The notes beneath the pieces are model-generated. The model made no database searches and was not told where the DNA came from. It was given only the letters and a program-made list of their open reading frames with translations. The position numbers and the translations under genes were made by a program. This document shows, in pieces, positions 9,732 to 22,549 of a stretch of 41,004 bases of DNA (its first letter is position 1; each line of letters starts with the position of its first letter). Location: NCBI GenBank assembly GCA_963733195.1, contig CAVTCR010000039.1, positions 1 to 41,004 of the forward strand, read 5' to 3'. The DNA comes from an uncultured delta proteobacterium (GTDB lineage Bacteria; Desulfobacterota; Binatia; Bin18).

Positions 9732-12057
9732 AGAGCCCTCTTCCATGAGGTCTATGACCGATTTCAAACTTTCTCCAAACAGCCTCAGGCAAAAACGCTT
9801 CTCGTCTTTTTCTCTGGGCCGCACACATTTTCGCCCGTAAATTTTCGTCCCGGATAAGAAGCTTTGCCAAAGCCGCAACCTGCAACAGGTTATCTTTTTT
9901 GGTAAACAGTAGACCAGCCCTCTCCTAAGGTTTCCGGCGTAGCGGTACTTTTGTACGCCAGGATTGGCACATCGAACCACATGGCCTCAGCCATTGGCAC
10001 ACAAAACCCCTCGTGCTCACTCATAGACCACAGCAGCGATGCTGTCCGGTAAAACGCCGACAGTTGCTCATCGGTTATCAAGTCCTGTGATGATCACCCG
10101 GCTCTCCAAGTTTAACTTTTCTATATAATTCATTACAAGTTGATAGTAGGGATCATCGCCCTTATAATTTCCGGCAAGGATTAAGCGAGCATTGTCATCG
10201 AGCGTCAGATAATGAGCGAAAGCTTCTACTAGGTGATCTTGTCGTTTATTGGGCGCAATGCGTCCCACAAAGAGTATATTCGCCAGACCATCTTGCAACT
10301 GTCTCATCAGCCCCTCATCCGCCCGAATGTTCCATTTCGCCGGATCTACAATGATGGGCAGCACCTGTGGGTCTTGAAACCCGTAGGCTACGAGTTCAGC
10401 AACGTTATAAGCGGAGACGCCCACACTGTACGAAAAGGAGCCCGAGAGCTTCTGCAAGTCAGCCCGCCCTTGCGCCAGCTCGTGTGCAATCGCCGGTTGG
10501 TAAGGTGCAAAAAACTCCGCGGGCGTAATGTTGTGATACACGAGGCACTTCGGCCCCTTATGCCGAATAGCGTAAGGAGTAAGTTCTGAGCCAATGGAAT
10601 GATGATAAATGATCCCCGCCTGCGCCTCGATAGAACGAGGGGTAAATACGCGAGCCCCGTACGCCATTCGTGGATCAAGATAACGCACAAAAATCTCCGA
10701 GTGGTAGCCGAGACGGCGTAAATGATCCCTCATCGCGAGCGCGTGGTTTGAGATGGCATCTCCGTAAGCAAAACCGGGTAAAAGCTGATGAATTGCCGCA
10801 AGTCTTCTCTTACGACGAATTGGTACGGTGTCAATTTGTTTACATAAACCGAGCGCGCGCTCATACCGCTCGATCACCTTATCCCACACCGCATTCTCGC
10901 GCGCGTATTGCCGTCCCTTCGCCCCCCAGGCCGTTAACTCTTCCTCCGACGTGTTGTCTACCTTTACGAAAAGATCTGCCCATTCCGTTTCCGCCTCGGC
11001 GAGCCATCCCCCTTGAGCCTTCGCCACGACTATGGCTGTCGCCAGACACCGCGTGTGCGCAGCGACGGGACGGCCGCACAGCCACGCTTCCATGAGCACT
11101 CGCGAATAACTCTCGTTTCGGCTGGGTTGAAAGAGCGCTAGACAATGCGTCAGTAGAGCAGCTTTTTCCTCTTCGCTCACAAGGCCAAGGTCATACAGGC
11201 CCATCTCGGCGTCGTGAAAGGAGGTAAGCCCGGGGCCGGCTAAAACAAGTTTTAAAGAGGAAGCAGGGTGTACGGTCTTGAATCGAATGTAGGCGCTTAT
11301 CAATAAATCTACATTCTTGGTCGAATCTCGGCGCCCCAGGTACAAAACAAAGCGCGTGCGACCAACAGGTAGGTCCTTAACGTAGGTCGTCTCCTCCTTT
11401 CTCCCGGGTATCACCTCTACTCCCCCACCAATGACGACGCTCTTACTAAGAATTCCTGGCCCGTATAAACGGCAGGCCAGGAACGCCTCACCTTCACTGT
11501 TAAACAGCAGCTCCTTAGCCGTCCGAAAACAGTGCTCCACTTGAGGCAAATAGGCGTAAACTTCATCATGTAAACACGGATGGAGAAAAGAGCGGTCCGC
11601 CACGATAGACAGCCCGTTCAGTGTAGGACCGTACAGGTACGGGATAAAAACAAAGGCTTGATATTCGCTCCTTCTGATCCTGCAAATACTCTAACAATGC
11701 CGACGAGTTGATATTCTCCCTGGTAAACAGGGCGATGTCTTCGCTGGAGACGGGAGCTATCCCGGGTTTCAAGCTCGCCGCTGACAGATTGAGCATGCGG
11801 GCGTTCACCTGATCAAAACTAGCCTTGTCTCGTGCGATGACAGGGAAACGGCGTACGGTTACCCCCTCCTCCTCAGTAACGCCCGCCGTGAAATAGTTAG
11901 TCGACCAGTCTTCCAGAAACGACCGGCAACAAGTGGTGAGCACTTCGACCGGGTGTCCGTGCGCCCGCAGCCGGACGGCTATCTGCCATGCGTATTGTTC
12001 CGCCCCGCCCGTGAGGTCCCTGCCAAACCAGGGGATGATGACCGCAACCGGCCTCAC
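9728..12057 (-). CDS. Two-domain GT4 glycosyltransferase, frameshifted near 11600, 10075 and 9900
   Basis: First GT-B unit runs from GGAEQ..VLTTC to PSRNESYSRVLMEAW; second runs from HQLLPGFAYGDAISN to MSEHEGFCVPMAEAM. The 3' end is approximate. Confidence 0.8.
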
Positions 12058-13690
12058 GCTTTCCATCCTACCACTGCATAGTCTTGCGGTCCGTAGAAAA
12101 ACTCGTTGAAACGCTCAGCTAGATCCGTACCGTCTACCTTGAATGCGGCGGGATAAGGATGCAGATTTAATACTTCTACTCGACACAAGCCACGCGCTTC
12201 AGCGAGGAATTTTATAGTGGTGCTAGGTAAAGGACGCTGGTGAGTGGGATCAAGGTAAAAGTTACAGCTCCCTACCATAATATTCTGGGGATTAGGGGTC
12301 TCAAAGATCGCGACTCCATCGGGCGCTAACACGCGAACTGTTTCATCTAAGAGCTGAATAAGATTCTGAAGAGAAAGGTGCTCAATGATATGAAAGCCGG
12401 TTACTGCGCCTACGCTTCTGTCGGGAAGCTTTCGCAAATACGCCAAGGCATCACTTTCAGTTACTTTAAATCTTGTTGTTGGCATTGTTCAATCAACACG
12501 CGATTAATATCCACTCCTTGAGCTGGCAAACCTTCTTCTTTCAGGAGCTCCAGCCACTCTCCACGCCCGCAGCCGAGATCTAGAATCGGCATGTGCTCAG
12601 CACCAATACCATTCTCTTTGAGAAGCGGGAGATAGACCCTTAAACGCTCTTTAATATCTTCTCGCGTGCCACGAAATTGATCTTCAAACGATACATACAA
12701 GGCGTCCAGTCTATGTTGATCTTCATTTAAGAACGTTTGGAGTTGCTGTTGATCAAAGGGCGCCGGTAGACGTTTTCTTGCCTCTTCTAAGAGGAGAGTC
12801 GTGCGACGTTCTTGCTGTACGAGGCTCACTTTAAGTTGATACAGTGCTTTTTCGAGTTCCTTCTCGCGTTCTTCGCGATGGATGAGTTCGGCCTCCAGCC
12901 GTTGCAGTGCCGCCCCCTGCTCTTGCTCGACCCCCTGAATGCGTTCCTCGCGCTGAGCGAGTTCGGTTTCCAGCCGTTGCAGAGCCGCCCCCTGCTCTTG
13001 CTTCAGGCTTTGAAGAGCTGTCTGCACCTCGCGCACTTCGTGTGCTAGTCCCTGAGTCCGTTCCTCGCGCTGAGCGAGTTCCGCCTCCAGCCGTTGCAGC
13101 GCCGCCCCCTGCTCTTGCTTCAGGCTTTGAAGAGCTGTCTGCACCTCGCGCACTTCGTGTGCTAGTCCCTGAGTCCGTTCCTCGCGCTGAGCGAGTTCGG
13201 TTTCCAGCCGTTGCAGCGCCGCCCCCTGCTCTTGCTCGATCCTCCCAATCGTCTCACGTAATATACCCAGGGTTTGATATACCTCATCCTTGTGTCGTAC
13301 TTGCTCACCAACGCGATTTTCTAAACTTCGTAGACCATCGACAATAGTGCGAAGCGACTGGAGAGCAGCCCAGTTAAACTGCTTTTGTTTGTTGATAATA
13401 AATTTAGATAAATACAGAATAAGATGCCCAACCTGCCGGGCAATCTTTCTTTTTATCCGACCAAAATGCATCCATTCTGACGTCGTATCCCCAATGTGCT
13501 GAGCCTGATACTCAGCAGCCTGTAGGTTCGCGTTCACGCAGGACCACTCTATGGCCATCGGAGCAGAATCCTGCGGCTGTGAGAGGGATGGAAAAGGGGA
13601 ATGATTCTGGGTACGCCGCCGAGCTACTTCCTCTCGAATCTTGACCATCAGTTCGTCAACATTGATTTCGGGGTTGTTACTTTCAATCAT
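12054..13690 (-). CDS. Class I SAM-dependent methyltransferase with long N-terminal coiled coil (WbdD-like chain terminator candidate); frameshift near 12465
   Basis: FEDQFRG, LDLGCGRGEWL, then in the next frame GFHIIEHL, IFETPNP, FYLDPTH and GPQDYAVVG. GGTGAGG RBS precedes ATG 13690. Confidence 0.85.
12870..13239 (-). repeat. Intragenic tandem repeat: two 117-bp units, one 75-bp unit and a partial unit
   Basis: QEQGAALQRLE(T/A)ELAQREERTQGLAHEVREVQTALQSLK (39 aa) twice, then a 25-aa unit and a partial copy. Copies are nearly identical at DNA level. Confidence 0.95.
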
Positions 13691-13717
13691 CGGCCTCACC
13701 AGAAATCGAGAGAGACT

Positions 13718-15639
<1,922 letters not shown>

Positions 15640-15715
15640 TCCTCTTTTCTCTTGGCAGTGAGACACTGGTTAATTCACCCACCTTGGCGAAAGACCCCTA
15701 TAATTGCGCTCTTTC

Positions 15716-17497
15716 TTAGCTGTCCTGATATTTTTCTGCAATCCAGATACGGCGGAGCCGGAGTCCTAAGATCCGACGGTCCTCCCCTGCTCCGCTCTTC
15801 GCGGGACACCATCCTTTGACGCGCATCCGTACCAGCCCATGAGCAACCTGATACGAACGCGGAATCGGAAGCGTATACACGGCCCACGGCCCACGGCCTC
15901 CCAGGATGAACGGTTTTAAGGGTAGATCAAAAAGCCAGGTCGAAACCGTTATCGGCTCATCTCCAATGTCTGGTCTATCAGCTCCCATTTCCAAGCACAG
16001 CTCCGGCCCACGTAGGTCGAGGAGAAAAGAAAACCTCTCTTGCGTCCAACAAAATGCCGTCTCTCCTGTTCCTTCTGGCGCATACCACCCCGCCAAAAGC
16101 CACGGTTTTCCTGTCTGTGCTACCCGTAGCTCGCGCGAAAAATGCTGACCAAAAATTAGGGCAAGTGTCTGCTCCCACCTCTCTGGCTCGCTTTGGTTCG
16201 TTGCTCGCTGATACGTCACTGTTGGTTGAAGAAAGGCAACGCCAATACATTTACCGGCCAGCGGTGGGATAATCTTCAGTACCAGCGCGCGCTCGATCCA
16301 ATCAAAACTATCATAGACATGCACGTCGAAAGTATGGGCCGCTACCGTGAGGTGATATTCGCCCGGCCCTAAATTTAACGCCAAGCGAAAAACAACCTCT
16401 ACGATATTCCCTACCTTGCAGGGGGGGATTTCGATCTGTTGATGGTACGTGTTGGTGCCGTAGACATCATTCCCTAGGCGGTCACGAATCAAAATGCCGA
16501 CGGTAAGGTCTTGGATCTCCTCCAGACAGAGGACACGAGTCGTAATGGTTGCTTCTTCTCCGGCAAGAAAACTGCGACATTCCTGACCTCGCACATCACA
16601 GACACTGATCTGCTCGATCACCGCAGCGAAATTTCCCGAACGCTGCGGTGTGGTATCTTTCGTGGTTCCCTGTTTGGATTCGAGCAAGAGAATATCTCGG
16701 GTCCCCGCCTCGCGAGCGATCAGAGTGTTGTAATTGGCTAGCACCTTCTCTGGCCGGCCGTGATCAATAACAGCACCGTGGTGAAGCAGCAAGGCTTCAT
16801 CACACAGAGTTTTCACTGCTGTCGGATCATGCGAGACGAAGAGTAACGTTACGCCTTCCTCACGAAATTGACGAATACGACGAATGCACTTCTGCTGAAA
16901 ATAGGCATCCCCTACTGCTAAGGCCTCATCGATGATAAGAATTCGAGGATTTACATTGGCCACGACTGCAAAAGCAAGACGTACCTGCATTCCCGACGAA
17001 TACGTACGCAGTGGGCGATCGATAAATTCACCGAGCTCCGAAAAAGCAATCATTGAGGACATGCGTTCATGAATTTCCTCATCGCTCAGCCCCAGGAAAC
17101 GAGCATTAAAGACGATATTTTGTCGCCCGGTAAAGTCGGGGTGGAATCCTGTCCCTAATTCCAGCAGAGAGGCGACCCTTCCCGAGAGTTCCACCCGACC
17201 GGTAGTAGGATATAAAGTACTGCAAATAATCTTTAGGAGTGTCGATTTACCTGCTCCGTTCGCCCCGATAATACCGAGGGCTTGGCCTTGGGCGACAGCA
17301 AACGTCACGTCTTTTAATGCGACGAAAATCTGGCTACGTTGCAACCGCCCTGCGCTCAACCACTCAAGCAGGCGATCCCAGGGATGAGGGTAAAAGCGGA
17401 ACTCCTTACTCAGCTGCATGACGCGCAGGGCGGTTGCAGTTGATGCTCTTTCCCACTCGTCCGGCGCGCGAGAAACTACGTGAAATGCACTCGCCAT
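15716..17497 (-). CDS. wzt: Polysaccharide ABC exporter ATPase with Wzt_C domain and extra C-terminal domain
   Basis: GANGAGKST, YSSGM, IIDEALAVGD; Wzt_C-like GILIRDRLG..GTNT..LNLGPGEY. Confidence 0.93.
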   Translation of the reverse strand: MASAFHVVSRAPDEWERASTATALRVMQLSKEFRFYPHPWDRLLEWLSAGRLQRSQIFVALKDVTFAVAQGQALGIIGANGAGKSTLLKIICSTLYPTTGRVELSGRVASLLELGTGFHPDFTGRQNIVFNARFLGLSDEEIHERMSSMIAFSELGEFIDRPLRTYSSGMQVRLAFAVVANVNPRILIIDEALAVGDAYFQQKCIRRIRQFREEGVTLLFVSHDPTAVKTLCDEALLLHHGAVIDHGRPEKVLANYNTLIAREAGTRDILLLESKQGTTKDTTPQRSGNFAAVIEQISVCDVRGQECRSFLAGEEATITTRVLCLEEIQDLTVGILIRDRLGNDVYGTNTYHQQIEIPPCKVGNIVEVVFRLALNLGPGEYHLTVAAHTFDVHVYDSFDWIERALVLKIIPPLAGKCIGVAFLQPTVTYQRATNQSEPERWEQTLALIFGQHFSRELRVAQTGKPWLLAGWYAPEGTGETAFCWTQERFSFLLDLRGPELCLEMGADRPDIGDEPITVSTWLFDLPLKPFILGGRGPWAVYTLPIPRSYQVAHGLVRMRVKGWCPAKSGAGEDRRILGLRLRRIWIAEKYQDS

Positions 17498-18367
17498 TTA
17501 TAACTCGTCAGGTATCCGTCGTCGCAAAGCCCGGAAACATAACATCCCTACTACCAGAGTGCCTAGGGTTATCTGGGCTAAAAAAAGACTTTCGACCATG
17601 GGTGGTAATTCACCGCGTAATATCAACGCCTGATGGATGGAAGTGAAACGCGACATGATATTCAGAGGTAAAATCTCTCTGGCCCAGGCCGGTAATACGT
17701 TCGGCACATAAACTATAGGAGTGAGCCAAAACCAAATCTGCAGAAATATAGCCGTTAATTGCGCCACATCACGAAAGAAGACATTTAAGACAGAGGTAAA
17801 TAGACCGATGCCCGCAGCGAATAACACCTGTAACAGCAAAAATGCCCCCCAGGCGAGTAGGAGCACAAACGGCGGCAACGCATTGACTAACCAGAGGAAC
17901 ACGAGAAACACAGCTACTATAATGAATAGGTTCGTCACGCTTGCTGCTATAACATAGGCGTAGAGTAGGGTCTTGGGAAAAGCGACTTTCTTAACGAGAT
18001 TGGCGTTCTCCCAAAATACGCCCGTGCTCCGATTGATAATTTCCGCAAAGACCCCCCAGGGGAGCAGGCCTGCACACAGATAGATGCTGAATGCATAAGG
18101 AGACGAAGAAGAACTCTCTCCCAACCGCGCTCCCATGATCTGGGAGAAAACCACTGTATAGATGAGGATCTGAATCAACGGATGAATGATATTCCAGAAG
18201 AGCCCGAGAAATGAGCCCACATACCGGCCTTTCAGGTCATTGCCAACCATCTGCCACAGCAAATCCCGATGATTCACGACATTGCGCAGCGCCTGCCTCC
18301 CATCTCCGAAAAGGACGACCAACCTCCCACTCCAGGAGGGCAAAGACTGTATCAGGGAATCTGTCAT
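17498..18367 (-). CDS. wzm: Polysaccharide ABC exporter permease
   Basis: RYVGSFLGLFW, NLVKKVAFP, FFRDV and WFWLTPIVY motifs; multiple TM helices. Confidence 0.95.
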   Translation of the reverse strand: MTDSLIQSLPSWSGRLVVLFGDGRQALRNVVNHRDLLWQMVGNDLKGRYVGSFLGLFWNIIHPLIQILIYTVVFSQIMGARLGESSSSSPYAFSIYLCAGLLPWGVFAEIINRSTGVFWENANLVKKVAFPKTLLYAYVIAASVTNLFIIVAVFLVFLWLVNALPPFVLLLAWGAFLLLQVLFAAGIGLFTSVLNVFFRDVAQLTAIFLQIWFWLTPIVYVPNVLPAWAREILPLNIMSRFTSIHQALILRGELPPMVESLFLAQITLGTLVVGMLCFRALRRRIPDEL

Positions 18368-18423
18368 TTTCTTTTTCTCTTACGCATTGGGGGAGTATCT
18401 TAGCTTTGTCGCAAAGTTTAGAT

Positions 18424-18660
18424 AGTCGTTCCCGAAAAAGTCAGGTAGCAGGCACTGGCAGTGGATGTGCGTGCGACAAAGTGGCGCCAAAGTTTTTTGA
18501 GGTTCCAGGCAGTGCCGCTGAGCAGAGCGTTGAGGCGATCGCCAACTGTTCCTAGTAGATAGTTCCGATTCATGCCGTGGTCGTAGTTTGGTATGCCCCC
18601 CTCTGCGGAGAACTGGCCGAATTGCCGCTCAAACTGCGCCCAGTTCACCACGCTCGCTAA
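18424..18660 (-). mobile_element. IS5-family remnant with internal deletion
   Basis: N-terminal piece VVNWAQFERQFGQF is joined to the C-terminal DHGMNRNYLLG..LNALL piece. The right end is homologous to 23574-23742. Confidence 0.8.
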
Positions 18661-18737
18661 GCGATACAGCTGCCATTACAAGCACAAGCGGGTCGAGACT
18701 GCCTTCAGCCAAATCACCGCCTTGTTCGCGCGCACCC
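18661..18737 (+). mobile_element. IS982-like transposase fragment
   Basis: HKRVETAFSQITALFART resembles the IS982 RKRIETxFSQ motif. Confidence 0.5.
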
Positions 18738-18842
18738 TAATGAATCGTATCCCAGTGATCCCACTAACCGTGCTACCTCTCCGCGAGATCAACACTATAG
18801 GAATCCTTTTTGATTTGTGGTGGAAGCAGAAGAGCTGAATTT

Positions 18843-18956
18843 GGTTCACCCTATCGACTGCGTCTACTACGCTCAGGGCGCACGGTCTCCGCTATGCGCA
18901 CGGTAAGCCCGTTCGTGCTGAGCGTCGCCCGGAGGGTGGAGTCGAAGCATGAACGG
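18843..18956. repeat. Inverted pair of REP-like elements
   Basis: TTCACCCTATCGACT..CGCTCAGGGCGCACGG and CCGTTCGTGCTGAGCG..AGTCGAAGCATGAA are imperfect reverse complements. Confidence 0.6.
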
Positions 18957-19155
18957 CACTCGCTATCCACAAATGATTTAGGTTCACTATATGAGCAATG
19001 ACGATGGCTAGATCCCAATCTTCATCACTCATCTCCTGGGTGAGTACTCCTGCCGCATTATGCTCAGAACCCCTCTCGTAATATTCTCCTGGTCGGGAAC
19101 CCGTAGCTCTCCACAACACACCACTGGCGGTCACAGGTGACCGCCAGTGAGATGC

Positions 19156-20832
19156 TCATCGCACACTCGACCGGAGTACCTGTCCAGGGAGCGCTCCACT
19201 ATGTTTTTGTTCTTCGTAGAGCACGACCCCGTTGACGATCGTGCATTGCACTCCTTGTGCAGGCATGACGAGGCGGCGACCACCACCAGGCAAATCGTTG
19301 CGCATCTCTGGGCGCTTGGCTGACCCAACGGTAGTAGGGTCGAACACGACGAGGTCCGCCGCGAGCCCTTGCTGCAGGCGTCCGCGATTGCGCAAGCCAA
19401 AAAAGTCTGCTGGCTCGGACGTCAGCCGTTTCACAGCGTACTCCAATGTCATGGCCTCTTTCTCCCGTACCCATCTCCCCAAAAGATACGTGCAGTACCC
19501 GGCATCACATAACATATCGACGTGCGCGCCACCGTCTGACAGCCCGATCAGCGTCCGTGGATCAGTGATGAGTTCCTGCACGCCGTCCTCATTGGAATTG
19601 AACAGCGGCACAATGTATTGCGTCTTGAGATCGTCTTCGAGGGCGATGTCGAGAAACGTGTCTAATCCATCCTGGCCTCGTTTTGTGGCAATCTCTGCCA
19701 CCGTTCGCTTTTCCAAATGCTTTAATGCCGGAGAGCTGACTTCGTGAACTTCAATGGTGTCCCACCGACCGGAGAAGACCAGCCGTGGGCGGGCAAGGTC
19801 TGCCCGGAACGCCGCACGAAACTCGGCACTGCGATACAGATTCTTCTGTTCTTCTATTGGCTGGTTGAACGCAGCTTTCCATGAGCGCATCGCCGCAAAA
19901 ATAAAGGGAACGCGGAGGTCGATTTGTCCTACCAGTGGCCGACAACTGGCTTGTGGGATGCCTTTACGTTTGATCAAAGGCTCAGCCGCACGTAGCGTAT
20001 TCATGGCGGCTTCAGGATCATCGTCCCGACTGAGGACGGCAAGCCACGTTACCGGTGCATTACTTTCCGTGAGTAAGAAATCCAATAACTCATACTTGTT
20101 CGGTTGCGCCGGATCGCCCAACGCCACCTCAATCACCCCACGGTTGAGTTCTTTTAAGACGTTCGCATAAGCTTTCAACTCGTCACGACTAGCCAGGCGA
20201 CAGGCTAAGGGTCGCCCTTTGTACCCAACATGTTGTGCCACGGTCGTCGTGGTGAACCCCATCGCTCCAGCCGCGACCGCCTCACGCAGGAGTGCCTGAA
20301 TCTGGCGTGTTTCTTCCGCTGTGGCTGCCCGCTCCATTGATTCTTCGCCCATGACGTAATGCCGAAAAGGTGTCAGCGGAGCAAGAAACCCTAAGTTGAT
20401 CCCCATGCCACGTTTCTCGGCGGCATCCATATATTGAGGAAAACTTTCCCACTCCCAGGTCACCCCTTTGCCGAGCACATCAAAAGGAATCGATTCGACG
20501 TTGACCAAATCCCACGCGGCAATTTCTTGGACATTGGACTTGCATGGTGCGAGCCCGACGCCGCAATTCCCCATAATGACGCTGGTCACGCCATGCCATG
20601 ACGAGCAGGAAATCAATGGATCCCAACAGATCTGAGCATCATAGTGCGTGTGGGGGTCAACAAACCCTGGTGCGACAACTAAGTCCGAAGCATCGATAAT
20701 CTTCTTGGCACCGTCGGTGATCTTGCCGATCGCAGCAATCTTCCCGTTGCTGACTGCGACATCCGCGCGATACCGCTGTGTTCCAGTCCCATCGACGATC
20801 GTGCCGTTGCGAATGACGATATCGTATGACAT
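19156..20832 (-). CDS. N-acyl-D-amino-acid deacylase family amidohydrolase
   Basis: GTIVDGTG, PGFVDPHTHYD, GNCG, SDGGAH and ADLVVFDP motifs; GGAGG RBS precedes ATG 20832. Confidence 0.92.
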   Translation of the reverse strand: MSYDIVIRNGTIVDGTGTQRYRADVAVSNGKIAAIGKITDGAKKIIDASDLVVAPGFVDPHTHYDAQICWDPLISCSSWHGVTSVIMGNCGVGLAPCKSNVQEIAAWDLVNVESIPFDVLGKGVTWEWESFPQYMDAAEKRGMGINLGFLAPLTPFRHYVMGEESMERAATAEETRQIQALLREAVAAGAMGFTTTTVAQHVGYKGRPLACRLASRDELKAYANVLKELNRGVIEVALGDPAQPNKYELLDFLLTESNAPVTWLAVLSRDDDPEAAMNTLRAAEPLIKRKGIPQASCRPLVGQIDLRVPFIFAAMRSWKAAFNQPIEEQKNLYRSAEFRAAFRADLARPRLVFSGRWDTIEVHEVSSPALKHLEKRTVAEIATKRGQDGLDTFLDIALEDDLKTQYIVPLFNSNEDGVQELITDPRTLIGLSDGGAHVDMLCDAGYCTYLLGRWVREKEAMTLEYAVKRLTSEPADFFGLRNRGRLQQGLAADLVVFDPTTVGSAKRPEMRNDLPGGGRRLVMPAQGVQCTIVNGVVLYEEQKHSGALPGQVLRSSVR

Positions 20833-21150
20833 GAGCCCTCCTTTACGCCTTTTGCTGTAGTATCTGCTCTCTGCTGCCACGCTGTCAAGAAAGCGCTGTG
20901 TCACGTAGAGCCGACAAGTTCCTGGCTTTTCCCCTGGGGTAGTGTTCCCACTTGGGATCTACCCCTTTTCATGCCGTACGAGACCATGAGGGGTTCGGGA
21001 TCTTGTCGGCCGAACGATACCGCGCTATGCGACGAACGAAAAGTAAATGCTGCGCGATTCCCGTCGCTTGTGAGCGGTATCGCTCTACTTGTCGACCTAC
21101 ACAGCAGGGCATATCGTGAGACTGAAAATCCAACAAAGGAGGGTGGAATC

Positions 21151-21945
21151 ATGCTCACGCAGGACCGCTATCAAACTATTCTCATTGACAAGCGAGCGAG
21201 TGGGGTCGCGATCGCGACCTTCAATCGCCCCGAGAAATTGAACGCTATAAATGCCAGGATGCACACGGAGCTGAGCACGCTGACGCTTGACGCCGAGGAT
21301 GACCCAGACGTGAAGGTACTGCTGGTCACAGGGGCCGGGCGCGCCTTTTGTGCGGGAGGCGACTTTAGCGGTCAGCAAGACTCGCCAGTCACTGGAGGCG
21401 GACAGACGATGCGCGAAGCGCGCCAGCTCGTGGATAATCTGTTGGATTGCTCCAAGCCCGTCATCTGCGCGGTCAACGGCTATGCCATGGGCCTCGGTGC
21501 GAACTTTGCGCTGCTGGCCGATGTGGTCGTGGCAGCTCGGGGTGCGACGTTTGCCGACACCCACGTGCGCATGGGAATTGGCGCCGGGGACGGAGGGCAG
21601 GTGATCTGGCCGCTGCTCATGGGCGTGAATCGCGCGAAGTACTTCCTGATGACGGGCGATCGCGTCTCAGCTGAAGAAGCTGAACGGATGGGGCTGGTCA
21701 ATTTTGTCGTCGATGACAAGGATCTCATGTCGAAGGCCATGGACATTGCAGAGCGACTTGCCCGTGGTCCGGCCCGCGCGATCGCGGCCTCCAAGGTTCC
21801 TATCAACAAGTACATCAAGATGGTCTCGAATTTGGTCTTGCCGCTCTCACTCAGCCTTGAGGGAGCCACCATGGCGACCGCCGACGCCCGCGAGGCAGCC
21901 CAGGCTTTCAGAGAGAAACGCGAGCCGAAGTTCACTGGCCGTTAA
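21151..21945 (+). CDS. Enoyl-CoA hydratase/isomerase family protein
   Basis: NRPEKLNA, GRAFCAGGD, AVNGYAMGLG, AFREKREPKF; AGGAGG RBS. Confidence 0.95.
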   Translation: MLTQDRYQTILIDKRASGVAIATFNRPEKLNAINARMHTELSTLTLDAEDDPDVKVLLVTGAGRAFCAGGDFSGQQDSPVTGGGQTMREARQLVDNLLDCSKPVICAVNGYAMGLGANFALLADVVVAARGATFADTHVRMGIGAGDGGQVIWPLLMGVNRAKYFLMTGDRVSAEEAERMGLVNFVVDDKDLMSKAMDIAERLARGPARAIAASKVPINKYIKMVSNLVLPLSLSLEGATMATADAREAAQAFREKREPKFTGR

Positions 21946-22039
21946 CGGATCTAGAGGGCGTCAATTTCTGTGATGGTCCGTCTTTGTCGGTAAGCAGGCT
22001 GAGCTTCTAGCGGCCATAGGCCACGAACCCAGCGAGTCC

Positions 22040-22330
22040 CATCAGTGATGATGTGCAGGAAGATATGGGCGAATTCACTTCGAGTGAATTGTCAGCCTGC
22101 CGCACCGATCATGATGAGGACCAACCCGAGCGCGGTCGGCGGTATGAGGCGGGTCTGGAGCTCAGTAAGGCCAGGTTCGATGAAACCTAACTCTGCCAGG
22201 ATTTCCGCTACCCCAAAGAAAGAGTCGAGACTAGGGGACAGGTTATACATCCAGGCCAACGGAGCGGGTTATAAGTTTGAAAGTAAAAATAGCTCTTCCG
22301 CGCTTTTGCGGGAGAGCCACTTTTTCATCT
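22040..22330 (-). pseudogene. DoxX-like membrane protein remnant
   Basis: WMYNLSPSL..FGVAEILAELG..PGLT..TRLIP..ALGLVLIMIGAA with internal stops. Confidence 0.45.
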
Positions 22331-22549
22331 TCATCCACACACGGGCGCTGCGACTCCATAAGAACAAAGTCCGCGTCGCGTTGACGCGCGGTCTGCTCGT
22401 GGGCCGCTTTGTCAGCCAGTGCAAGGCAAGCCCTTCTCGCTGGCGGTTTGGCTATATGAGTATGGCCAGTGCTGAGAAGCACGTAGGCCAGAGACAAATG
22501 GATGTCCAGAGATTCTGGCGGACTTCGAGCAGTGGCATATCATTCTCCC

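Noticed and set aside
18990-19134. Possible SDR fragment (NAAGVL..EMSDEDWDL)
   Set aside because: Too short to support a call.
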